This document shows, piece by piece, positions 25,801 through 37,629 of a DNA stretch of 64,000 nucleotides. The number at the start of each line of letters is the position of its first letter. The first letter of the stretch is position 1. The position numbers and the translations under genes were made by a program. The notes under the pieces are model-generated. The model was not told the DNA's origin. It saw nothing but the letters and a program-made list of their open reading frames with translations, and did not search any database. Source of the stretch: Octopus bimaculoides (lineage: Eukaryota); NCBI RefSeq assembly GCF_001194135.2, contig NC_068981.1, positions 140,111,403 to 140,175,402 on the forward strand. The letters are read 5' to 3'.

Positions 25801-26576
25801 GATAGCAAGATAAATGTCAAAGATAAAACAACAGTAGCAGTAGTAACACCAATATAACATTTGTTTTTTTTTATATATTAGACCAAACCCATGCATTTAG
25901 ATGAAGATTCTATCCGTGAAGTAAAACAGAGTACATTTCTCAGGTTTATACTATTGATGAGAAGTCAGTATAGAGCCAAGTATTTTGGAATTTGAACTTA
26001 AGTGATAAATTAAAATTGTTGAACAAGCGATTGCGCATGAGAGAATCTGTAAGGTGCCGCCTGACTTCCTAACAAGAAGCAGTCAAATCTCTCTCAAATT
26101 GCATTCTGAGATCTTAAAAAAATCAGAAGTATCAATTAATATAACGAATGTTAAATGAAAAATATTCATGGATACTTGGGGATACGCAACATATATAGCT
26201 TAATACCTGGTGCTATGTTTTTACAATACTTTCATGCACTGCACTAGATACGTCTGAACTAAAAGTGAATATTGTTTTTAAAACACAAGTAAGCTACATG
26301 TTGTAATGCATCAAGACTACATCAAAAACAAATATATAGTAAAAATAATAAAATTTAACAAAATATCAAACTAGTACACGTAAAAGAAATTACTCACAAA
26401 TATCGAACAAAAACTACAAAATGAAAATGGAAACCAAGCTATGAGAATACTTGTAAGGAAGAGAAATCGAATATGACAGTAGTACATATACACACATCCA
26501 CACACACAGGTGCCTTAGAATACTTATCGAACAGTCGACTCGTAGCCACCGAAGTAGAACTATCCAAACACTAACA

Positions 26577-27340
26577 TCTTACTATAATGGGTGTTATGTT
26601 CGTCTGTTTGTCCGTGAGACTGTCCGTATGTCTGTTACCTCTTCACGGTCAAACGGCTGGAAGCTTTTTAGCGAAAAATAGGTGAAAAAGTATAATTATT
26701 TAGTGGATATTGAGTTTTGTATTTTTTTTTTGTTAAAATTCTCCGGCGATGGAGGATTTAATCTAAATATCCCGCTCCAACGTATAGTTCGTGAATTTGA
26801 AGTTTTAGACAGTATGATTATTTGAATTGATAAATTTCTTTTGGCATTTTTATAAAAAATTCACTGAACACAGGTAACTCTAGACTTTAGTTCGTATAGT
26901 TCGTGGCCCATCGCCACGAACTATACGAAGGGGTCACGAGGACGAAAATAAAATGGAAAAAGTGTGTGTGATTATTTAGTCGTTATTGAAGTGTGTCAGT
27001 CTCAAGCAGGATTCGAAACGGCTAATCGAAGCGGCCGTCGTTTACGTCTCAGATTTGTCAATGAAAATAAACTATGTTACCAGAACATCCAGACATTATT
27101 TGTATAGAACGGCGAGAAGTAAGTCTTAATTTGATGTTTTGCAACTCTAAAGATTCCGCTCGCGAATTCACAGCGAACAAGGCACAGGGTCAGACTTTAG
27201 ATAGTGTAGGTGTATTTTTACCCATTATGATTTTTACACACGGCCAGTTATACTATGAGTAGAGCAGTGGACTCCAGTAATTTAAAAATTAGCATCGTAT
27301 AAACAGAAAATATCGCTTACAAAGAAGTTTTGTAATCACA
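26577..27340 (+). mobile_element. Non-autonomous Helitron remnant carrying the helicase C-terminus
   Basis: A|TCTTACTATAAT 5' start followed by a gtctgtttgtccgt tract typical of Helitron 5' ends; FTANKAQGQTLDSVGVFLPIMIFTHGQLY and TENIAYKEVL* match the Pif1 motif TINKSQGQTL..VG..L..P.FSHGQLY and the usual C-terminus. The 3' CTRR end was not securely located. Confidence 0.8.
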
Positions 27341-29465
27341 TTGATATTATCGAAAGTAATATGATTCATAATTTAAATAAGGGAATCTTTGATCTTTTAA
27401 TGTATAAGAGTATAAATAAGCATAAAATAGTTTAAATATTAAAATAAATGTATATCTAAATAACATTTTTTCGTAATACTTTTTATGTAGTGGTCGATGG
27501 AAACTCTGGCTTTCGTTAGGTGTGGTTGACATAGCCATTCATGATGCAGAGGCTGGGAATCTATTTCAGTCCGGGAGTGAATCGTCATCACATGTCACCT
27601 AGTCGCAAACACACACGTCACGTAGCTACAATAGAATGTTGTATCAACAACAATTATGTGATTTCTGTAAGCCATCATTTAGTAATCTATCAAGCCCATT
27701 TACACATTTCTCAATACATACTGCTGTTGCGGCTTTCCACCGTCATGATTCCATCGTAGATTGCTAGATTTACTAGTGATTAAAATGGACGTGAATAGAG
27801 TAATGTAAATTATGAATATATCATTAATCTAAGGGTGAAAAATGGTTTGAAATACCGAAACCTTACTGTGGACGCATAGAATAGTAAGCATAAAATTTAA
27901 CTAAGAAATTGCAACAATATTCAATGCTACAGATTCATTTCATAGCAAAAGTAATTCAGGATGGACACAAGAAAGTCATAGACTAAAAAAGTTGTAAAGG
28001 CCTTAGCTTGGCAAGGATTGATTAGCAGTTCCCTTGACAGTGCCTCTCTGACCCAGATTGTGGAAACATAATCCATAAGTTCCCAGAGATTCTAGTCACT
28101 CGTATATATGAGTTAAATTACCAAACGTGTATGTTATTAATTAATGAAACACAATTCTAGAGGCTGAAAGAAATGGATTAATAATCAAATAAACAGCACC
28201 ACCTCTGTTGGAAGAGGTACTATCTTCTTATAATCTAGAGGTACTATCTTCTTATTCCATTTTGCTTATTGTTGATATTTCTAACTGCCGAAAAAAAGGC
28301 CAAAGTAAGATCAAACATATTTTATACATTGATGACCGCAACTTGACCGACGCTGTTAATAAATAATTAGAAACATCGTTATATGCAGTAAACGGGCTTA
28401 GAACAGATTAATATGTGGATATAATTACACTTAGTAAGGTTTGGGAACTCAAATTTAAAATGGTGCATTTGTGGAACAAATTGGAAAACGTCATACTAGA
28501 AGTTTTAAGAAAAAATAATGAAGAATGAAGTTAGTAAGTGCAGTGAAGACACAATCATATTTTTTCCTTATCCATTCTGACCCAAAATAGAATAAAGATC
28601 AAATCTTAAAAATTTAATCTTGTACTTGTTAATGCTTAACCAATTGAAAGACCGATGTCCATGTATTTTTCCAGGGTTTGTGAGACTGTTAGGATACAGG
28701 GAGAGGAGAGCAAATATTTCCTCAAAGCAGAAACCTGGAGTAGAAGCTTATAAGTGAGTGAGTAGAATCCACCACTGAAGGCGGTAGGGCAGTGCATGGC
28801 AGCAGAGTAAATCTACCAATGAGTATTCCATGGCCGATTGGAACCCAGAACACTAAAAACCACGTAATACAAGCCATATTGTCTGACGTGTTAAACGGGT
28901 ACTGGTTTACCTAGAGATGGACTTTACTCTGTCAATCACAGAAAGATGAGACGCAAAGCTAAAGTCAGCAGGATTTGAAATCAGAATGCAAAGAATTTCA
29001 TCCGATGCCATAACGATCCACTAATTTGCCTGAAAAGGATGCAATATTCTCCACTAGAATGTCTTTGATCATAAGCAAAACCTCTAGAACAGAATTATCA
29101 GCATGAAAGACAACAACAGCAACAACAAACATGTTATTGTGCAATGAAAGAACAACAAAGGAAAACGGAAAAATTTGCAACTTAGGATTCATCAACATAC
29201 GGCAGGACCACTTTCATAGCAGATAGTTTATAGGAATGTAAACACATGGGAAGCCTTAACGTTTAATTATTGGCATTAGAGTCGGCTCAATGAAATTTTA
29301 TGTTTACACAAGAAGAAAGTTTGGTTGCTTGTATAAAGTTTCCTCTTTGCACTTATACGGACGGAATTTCTATATAAATGATCGGTCTTCTATTTTGTTT
29401 ATCTTAATTGCTGTTTTAGCTGTTGTTAATGTGCCTTTATGTGTGTGTGTGTGTGTGTGCGGGAC

Positions 29466-29508
<43 letters not shown>

Positions 29509-31054
29509 TGAACATAAATCAAATGTATGTATGTGGAAAACACAGAAAATGGGAGTGTAAAACTCATGGGTAATTAAAATGGAACGAAGAAAAAGCAAGG
29601 AGGCGAGAGAGAGAGAGAGAGAGAGAAGGGGAGAGGAAGAAAGAAATAGAGAAGGAGAAAGAAAGAGGAACAGAGCGAGAGAATAGAAGACTGACATTGT
29701 GAAGAAATATAAAACACAGCAGAATGTAAATACAGAGTGAAAGAGAGGGAGGAAGAAAGAAGTAAAAAGTGAGAGGTAGAAAAAGTGTTAAACTCACACC
29801 GGCAAGTAGAATCATTAAAAATTCAAAAAGTATAAGCTTGTGAGACAGTGGCAATAGAAAGTAAAAGAAAAGAGAAGATAAAATGTTGTGGAATAATAGA
29901 CACAAGGGATTAGTAAAAGAAAGATTTAAATAGACAGTGTGAATATAAAATATTAATATGTGAATGAATAAGAAAAGAAAGATGCGTTGCTTTGACAGAA
30001 GGCAAGCTTGGTGAGGAAGGTTAACAGGATAAGGTGCGGGAGGAGGTATGTATATACGGTAAGACTGAAAATGTTCAGTTTTATGAATGACAAGGATAGT
30101 AGGTTTTAGTGGAGTATTTTTAATCATACTTTTAAATAATATTCCACGTGAGGGGGGTTTCTGTTCATAATAAGAGATTTGTCCCTTGAGATAAGAATGT
30201 GAAACAGAAGCAGACGGAAGCTTTGAATAATAATGACTGCTTGCCATGTGTTTGCCATGCTATTTTCTTTTACTTACGCGCTAGAATGTTCATGCTTAAT
30301 TTAAACACCCCACAATAAGCAGTTGTATTGAAAAACATATGTTGTGACATTACATTCAGTTATTTATATACACTCGCAGACAGGCCACCATCATCTAGAA
30401 TATATAATACATACATACATACATACATATGTATATGTATATGTATGTGAGTATGTGTGCATACACAAACACACACACACACACACACACGCACACACAC
30501 ACACACACACACACGCACACATATATATAAATATACAGAGAGAGAGATTGAAAGAGACTTATCTTTGACCGTGAACGTGCTCTTGTATGGCGTAATAACT
30601 TAACATGTATCCCTTGGGAGATATTAAAATGTCTGCCTCAATATTAAACAAAATCCTAAGTACATTAACAAGTGCATTACAAGTGTATATATCAACAAAT
30701 ATATTTATGCACACAGGGAGAAGAAACACAAATAAAGACACATCCTTTTTGCATGCGTAGACACAGAAACAATGTATTGCACTGGTTTATCAGCACTTAA
30801 GAATGCTACATAATGTTTTTCAATGTGCAGACTTATACATGCCTATACATAATTACATATACACGCGTACTCTCTCTGAATACGTCTCTGTCTCTTTTTC
30901 TGTCTCTGTCTGTCTATCTCTCTCTCTATATATATACATACATACATATACACACACACAAGTATACATATATATGGGTGTGTATGTATATATGTGTGTG
31001 TATGTATGTATATATGTATATAATATAAGTAATATGTCTATGCATATATGTAAA

Positions 31055-31086
<32 letters not shown>

Positions 31087-31107
31087 CATATACATACATA
31101 TACATAT

Positions 31108-31149
<42 letters not shown>

Positions 31150-31151
<2 letters not shown>

Positions 31152-31310
31152 GCGTATATGGGTACCAGACGTTTCAAACCAACATGAAATACAAAAACAA
31201 ATGAGTTGAGTATGCAAAGAACGAAAGAAACAAATGGAAAGCAAGACAAGTAACATAACGAACGACCCTTCATCAGTCCATCGGCTGTCCATCTACTCCT
31301 CATTTCGAGC
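31150..31310. repeat. Dispersed microsatellite-flanked repeat (related pieces at 48643-48745 and 49406-49440)
   Basis: Shared gacgt...ccaac...aa(c/t)atgaaatac...aaacaaa(t/c)gagtt...aaatggaaa...gacaagtaa between 31.15 and 48.64 kb. Confidence 0.65.
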
Positions 31311-31974
31311 TTTGTCACACATTGGCATAGTCATGTGGTTAAGTTCCCAAAGCTGCTCTGCAGTTACATTTTAGTAGAAAACACTCAGTGTAGAAACCGT
31401 TGTAAATACGTGCGTATATATACAGGCATGCGCGAGCAGACGCACAAAAACACATACACACACGCACGCACGCACACACACATACTCTCATGCATACGCA
31501 GAATCACACACACACACACACACACACATATGTGTGTGTCTGTGTGTGAGTGTGTGTAGGTGTGTGTGTGCGTATATGTCTATGCGTACGTGATATTTTC
31601 CCTGTCCTAGCTCACACCTAAACACCTACGTTCATTTTCTAGTATCACGTTTTGTCCCATAACTTTGGAAATTCAACAAAGTAAGATTGATAAAATATGT
31701 ACAAGATTGAACTAACTACTAAGGTCTGTAGGATCAAGTAATCCTTGGAAACAATTCGTGTAGAACTTTCCTTTTTAGCTGTTTGGCGTCTGTCAAGAAA
31801 GTGTTTCATTATAGTCTATTCCATTCTTCCTTCTTGTAGGTTTGAGCATATCTTATACATCCATATTAATTTGAAGTTTTGGTACGAGTACAGCAATTAC
31901 GGGGGTGATTACAACGACACAAGTAATCAACTAATACTTATTAATTAATATGTTATTTATCTCGAAAGGATAAA

Positions 31975-32072
31975 CTAAACATCGGCCGAATTTGAACTCA
32001 GAACGTAAAAAACGGACGAAATACCGCTAAGAATTTTTTCCGGCGTCCTAACGATTCTTTTAGCTCGCTGTC
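31975..32072 (-). mobile_element. Partial SINE copy (5' half)
   Basis: gaatttgaactcagaacgtaa...gacgaaataccgctaag...ctaacgattc...agctcgc. Confidence 0.8.
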
Positions 32073-32340
32073 ATATATTATCCACAAGTATTAGAATGTC
32101 AGCAGATAAATAATACATATAACACCCTTGAGAGCAGATCGATATAAAGTAGGGAAGATGCCTTGAATCTTATTATATGTCATATAATATATTTGAAACA
32201 CCATTTGTTCTCTCGTAATCCAATCAGGACTGTATGACATTGAACATTTGGTTACCTCTAAGTACAAAAAGGTTCCCAAACATTTTACTACTTCCTTAGT
32301 GAAGAACTATTACGATATCCAGTGGCATATTGGTTTAACA

Positions 32341-32547
32341 TTTTAGTACGAGACCAGCAATTTCTGGGTAGGGAGTAAATCGATTGCATCAGTCCCCAAG
32401 TAGTGAACTGGCACCTATTTTATGGACACCGAAAAGATGAAAGGCAAAGTCAACCTCAGTGGAATTTGAACTTTGAACGAGAAGACGGATGAAATGTCGT
32501 TAAGCATTTTGCCCGGCATACTAACGACTTCTCCGGCTTGCTGCTCT
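32341..32547 (-). mobile_element. Full-length diverged SINE copy
   Basis: aactggcacctattttat...gatgaaaggcaaagtcaacctcagtggaatttgaact...aagcattttgcccggcatactaacgac. Confidence 0.8.
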
Positions 32548-32559
32548 GTAGTACCCAGT

Positions 32560-35003
32560 GACTTATTGGTTATTAGCAGTATTAGCAGAGCAATGGAAAT
32601 TCGTACGGCGGTATTAGATATCAATATAAAGGTACATAGATACAATCCTGCTATAGTTTACTTAGCATTTCATCCAGAAAATATATACCTATGAATATTA
32701 GGCCATGGGTTAGTGGGGCTCATTGTGCATCCCACCTTGTTATTTACTTTATGTGTATTTTCATGTAGCCGTGTGTCTAACAAGTCAGAAAATTGATGTT
32801 GCCGGAAAAAAACAACTCGGACGGAAGATACTTGTAGGGTCTTTTTGACCACACCCTCTTTCTTCTTCAGCTTCGGATGACACAACTATGTCCGGTACCT
32901 CTTTTTGATGTTTATTGCCAACATTGAACATTCTCATCTCGGTGCGAAAGATCTGTTAAAGAGGGGTGCAATCAGTGTGATGAGATCCTTTATTCCAGGA
33001 AATAGGAGTACTGTCGACAAGACAATCGAAGAAACTTTTATGAAGCATGCAAATTCGAGATGTGGAAGTGGTTCAACTGGAGCGGGCATTAGCTGTCTGC
33101 AGACAAACTACAGTGCCTATCAAAGATGAACAAAGTCAGGTAAAGAACGAGTCAAATTCCTTAAGGCTACATTTTGTCTAGCGGGAATGTCTGATGAAGA
33201 CAAAGGACTGCAACATCGGGATGTTCGCCCTTGTGAAATTGCGACCAGTGAGAAACCTTTCTCAAGCACCATTGCTGCTATCAAGCGCTTCAACAAAACT
33301 TTCAATGTCTGAGATGATGGAAAGTTGTACAATCTATCATCTGGCACTCCGGCTTCAGAAAAATTTGCGAAGGATATCCTCATTGTCAGACTGCTGGTAG
33401 GCTAGCAAAGGCAGACATCATAGAAAACAGATAAATGAAGAAGGATGGCTTCTTTGATCCTATTAAGCGCCCAAATTGGAAAACCGTGATACACATGCAC
33501 AAGTTCGGGAAACTCTTAACTTCTCAAAACAAAGTTGTCGAGTACAATCAGCAAAGAAACATAGCGTTTCAATTACGAGTGAAACCTTAAGCACAGATTG
33601 ATCGGATGCTTGACTTTGACCAACTGTTGACATACCATTGACACCAGTTCCATGCATCACTGGACTGGCAGTCGGGTTTTTAGCAAAAACAGACAAATCG
33701 AAAGACTTCAAACATGTTCTGAAAAAATGTGCTGATGCACAGTTACCTGATCCAAGGGAGAACTTCATCATAGAGGATGGAAATGCAGTGTTCCATTGCT
33801 TGCATGAGATCCCACAAACATTCGGAGAAATATCTCGTAAGGTGTTGAGATCTCCGCTTCACCTACTACCTGTAATATTTAGCACTGATATGTACAAGGA
33901 AAACTCTGTAAAAGGGGTGGAACAAAACAGACGAGGTGTTTGAGACATCCTAAGAGGTGAGAAAACAAATCGTTCGAAAGACTGGAAAGTCTTTCTTGCA
34001 AATGATGAGAACAAGACACAGTTCATTCAGCTTTTACTCACAATTTGTAGGAGTGAGTTGTCTGCCGACATTCTCATTGGACATGAGATGGTACTGATAT
34101 GTGAAGGAAAAATTTACCACTTTATATCGGATGGGCATAAAACATTCTATCAAGAAATACACTCTCTCGAATCTTCACAGGAAAATACTGACACTCATGT
34201 GTTCCTGTATTGCATGTATGCCAAAGAATGGGGATGCAAATCCGTTTGAGTGAGGAGTCCCAATTCGGACATTTTTCATCTTATTTCACCATACTAGATT
34301 CCGAGAAGGGCTTCTAATTCTGTTTGAAACTGGAATACGACGCTCTATCGATGTGATCCGGCTGGTTATGTTTTCCATGCCTGTTCACTGTTCTGCATTG
34401 CCGGTTTATCATGCCTTTACTGGGTGCGATAGTACCAGTGCCTTTAATGCGAATGGACTGAAAGTTGTTGAACCAGATGAATCATTCCAGAATGCGTTCT
34501 CCAGGTTAGGGGTGTCTTGGAAAGTTGACGACGAATGATGAATGAAGTGGAGAGGTTCACATGTGTGCTGCATTGTAACAAAAGGGCAAAAAAGTTGAAT
34601 ACATTGCGGTTCACAACCTCACAAGCAAAGAACGGTAAGAAGGATGATTTCACAAAATTTAAGCAATTCCATCTCGCTTCATTGCCTCATGTAGAAATTT
34701 CCTCGCGCAACATATTCGGTTTAACAACTTCCAGACCAAGATATGGAAGCTCACAAACATTGCAAAGCGTTACCTATACCAGACGAAGGACATCGACGGA
34801 CGGTGGAAGTTGGAATCATGAAGCTGAAGTGGGTAGTGAGTGAAGTGAATGCTTCGTCAGTTGGTGGACATTCTGGAAGAACTTGAAGATGAAACTTGCG
34901 CATCACATTCTGACCCTGATAGTGAGAGTAAACTTAATGAAAGTTATTTCCTTGACACAGTAGGATCGGATAGTGATACTGAAAGTGTTGGGGATGATTT
35001 TTA
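32560..35003 (+). mobile_element. Decayed Academ-like (AcademX-type) DNA transposon ORF: transposase C-terminal part + XPG/PIN-like nuclease
   Basis: Collinear plus-strand fragments: FFFSFG*HNYVRYL; GAISVMRS..GNRSTVDKTIEETFMKHA; LLTYPLTPVP; IIEDGNAVFH; VIFSTDMYKENSVKGVEQNRRG; DWKVFLANDENKTQFIQLL; LESSQENTDTHVFLY; VRSPNSDI; YHAFTGCDSTSAF (H3TH-like GCD); LAQHI..NNFQTKIWK; acidic tail ending GDDF*. Many stops and frameshifts; no TIRs found. The Academ label rests on recalled domain architecture. Confidence 0.72.
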
Positions 35004-35575
35004 ATCAGACGTTTAAAATGACACAGGAATGTAAAAGCTGGTTCAAAAATAATGTCGTCACCTTTGACGATTATGTGGTGTATGTGGACGGAACTAAGTC
35101 CAATGGATTATAGAGTAATGAAACTAAGAACAGATATAAGATACAACCAAGTAAGAATTAGGATCACTGCTTACAAGAAATTAGGATGAACAATTACTGG
35201 AAATGTATTAATTATTTGAAGTTCCATTTAAAATATTTATTCGGATTTGCAGAGGTTATAGTAATAGTTCCTTGTGTTAATGGAACCTAAAAGATGTTCT
35301 GAGGCACATGTGTGTAGTGAGAGTCAAATGATTCCTTCAGTGTTAAGCTACTTAACATTACTTTGGTGGATTCAGCTTTACGTGGATGAAGTTTTCGTTA
35401 ATTCAGCAAATTTACACAAAATAAATATCAGGAATATCTATCATTCGTCCTTTCTCACTTTCTCTCTCTTTTTCTTTCATGCTTTCATTTGTTTATTTGT
35501 TTGTTTGTGTCTTTCTTTCTGTCTCCCTTTCTCTCTCTTTATTTCCCTCTCTCTATCTCTTTGAAACTCATTCGG

Positions 35576-35649
35576 TAGCCATGATATAACTCCGAGTTTC
35601 GGATGCCGGAGTGGAAACCCAGGCCGCCATCTCGTCAGTTATCTGGCCA
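35576..35649 (-). ncRNA. Type I hammerhead ribozyme-like motif (PLE pseudo-LTR associated)
   Basis: Minus strand: UGGCCAGAUAA-CUGACGA-GAUG[GCGGCCUGGGUUUCCACUCCGG]CAUC-C-GAAA-CUCGGAG-UU-AUAUCAUGGCUA. Cores CUGANGA (35638-35632) and GAAA (35600-35597); 10-bp stem I with one bulge; extended stem II; near-palindromic stem III ACUC-G-GAGU; GUU triplet. Confidence 0.72.
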
Positions 35650-36379
35650 TTGAAAATTCCTATGAAAATGACCATTAAACAAGGGGAAATTACTGTGTGG
35701 TTGACCGTTATTAAGACAAAAGAGCTATAAACCGCTAAGTAAGGGGAGTGAGTAAAGGGAATAAACAAGTCCATAGCATTCGTGAAAGCGCACCAATACG
35801 TACATGCGCCTCTATGTATATACTCAACCACCGTCGCNNNNNNNNNNATATATATATATATATATATACCCGCATACACGGGTATGCACACTCACACACA
35901 CGCTCGCACAACACCCTCGCACCCATATACACGCACGCAAAAAAGGTCCATACACACGTCAATATACGCAAATGCTCAAGAAAAAAACAGGGCTAGAAGC
36001 AAAATACAGAAACAAGTCTGAAAAAGCTATAAGGGCAAAACGCGTATATATCCGCATATCTTCGCATACACACACATACATCTATATGCGCACGTACCCG
36101 CACACAGGCACACATCCACAAGCGCGCACATAAGGTTACATGTACTCGTCTATAGATGCACAGGAAAAAAGGAAAGGAGGGTGGAAAGGAGAATACAGAA
36201 AAATATGTGTGAAAAATATACAAATCATTATCTCTATAAATATGTAAAAAAATATATAAAAAATATATATAAAAAATATATAATGAATCTAAGTTAAAAG
36301 TATAGAGAGATAAAAAAAGCTTGTACATAGACACAATATAGAAAGCAAGTCCTATCATTAAAACGGGGAGACCAAAAGC

Positions 36380-37230
36380 GTAGCAAATATTTATAGTCAC
36401 ATGCGGACATGATCCGAAAAGTTCAGTTCTTGAATTTAGACATGTGGTGGGGTCTAAGCTGCCTTTCCAGATGAGTCATCTCTCCATATCACATAGACCG
36501 CACCTTCCGCTGCCGCTGGTGTAAGGTTTACACTTGGCTAAGATCTTACAATGGATGTTGTAACTAACAACTTTATCTTTTAAGGACCATATATGACTGG
36601 ATGATTTGGTCGTTTTCCTTTTATTTCAGTGCCCGAAGAAATAGAAATGAAGTTACCCTCTGTAAGGCCCATGTATTTCTTCATCGAAACTGTGTCCTTA
36701 GTGGATATAAAGTCCACAGTGGCCTCATAAATGATGGTTTCGGACATGCAAGCTCCATTTAGCGGGTACAACTGTTTATCTCTGCATGAACAGCTGGTTT
36801 CATATTGTGGCTTTTCTGTGTTGTGTGCGATTATATATTTAAAATTAGCAATTGAGCTGAAAATGATTTTTAAGTTATGTCTGTTGAAGATCTTTCTATT
36901 ACTATAGTTGACTGGAAAGTGTGTGTCTATCAGTGCCAAGAAATACTTGCCTATATTAAAGGTCACTTCGGGTGAGTAGGGGTGTGTGAACCAGATAGTT
37001 TTCCTATTTCTATGTTTCATTTTCTTTATTACTGGACTGGTGGTAGGTGTATAGGTTATTTCCTCGTTAAAACCACCATCTTTTAGTGCCTTATTATATA
37101 CTGGGGCAACGCTATTAAAATGTCCCTATCAGAGGAGGGGCTAGAAATTCTTTTACTAATGTTTTTAACAAAATTTTTAAATACAATGGGGGGGGGGGTC
37201 GATGGCAGGAAACCAAATTTCTTGGCACTG
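36380..37230 (-). mobile_element. PLE 3' fragment of second lineage (RT thumb + GIY-YIG + Cys/His C-terminus); probable pLTR continues to ~35565
   Basis: HPPIVFKNFVKNISKRISS.SSDRDIFNSVAPVYNKALKDGGF; RNRKTIWFTHPYS.EVTFNIGKYFLALIDTHFP..KIFNRHNLKI; CSCRDKQLYPLNGACMSETIIYEATV..YMGLTEGNF; KCKPYTSGSGRCGLCDME..LNSRTELFGSCPH. Confidence 0.85.
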
Positions 37231-37303
37231 ATAGACCTTATGAAGGCTAGATAGGCGTGCATGAGAGCAGAGACAGAAAAAACACGTCTTTTCTATAGGA
37301 AGG

Positions 37304-37629
37304 CCGTGGGCAGAAACAGAGATCCCCTTTCGTCACGTATCAGCGACGAGAGGGTCAAAGATTAAGAGTGAGAGAGAGAGTGAGAGGGAACAATGAAAGG
37401 GAGAGAAGTATAAAGAAAGGGTGGGAGAGAAAAACAGAAAGGATGAAGAACAAGAGAAGGAAAGTGATAGACAGGGAAGTGATAGTAATAGTAGTAGAAT
37501 GCGCATTATAATTATTAAGATAAAACTTACTTGGAAAAGGATCTCTCTCTCTCTCTCTCTCTCACCCTTCCTCCTTGACACTCTCATCGCTGACACGTGG
37601 CGAAAGGGGATCTCTCTTTCTGCTCACAG
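37304..37629. repeat. Inverted repeat pair (57-bp arms, 8 mismatches) around a GA-/CT-rich spacer
   Basis: 37304-37360 versus reverse complement of 37573-37629, aligned by eye: 49/57 identical. Confidence 0.9.

Noticed and set aside
28214-28255. 18-bp direct duplication agaggtactatcttctta
   Set aside because: Simple local tandem duplication with a 6-bp spacer; no inserted element between the copies.
32547-32565. tagtaccc as a possible Academ left terminus
   Set aside because: No inverted counterpart found downstream of the ORF end, and coding-like sequence begins almost immediately, indicating truncation.
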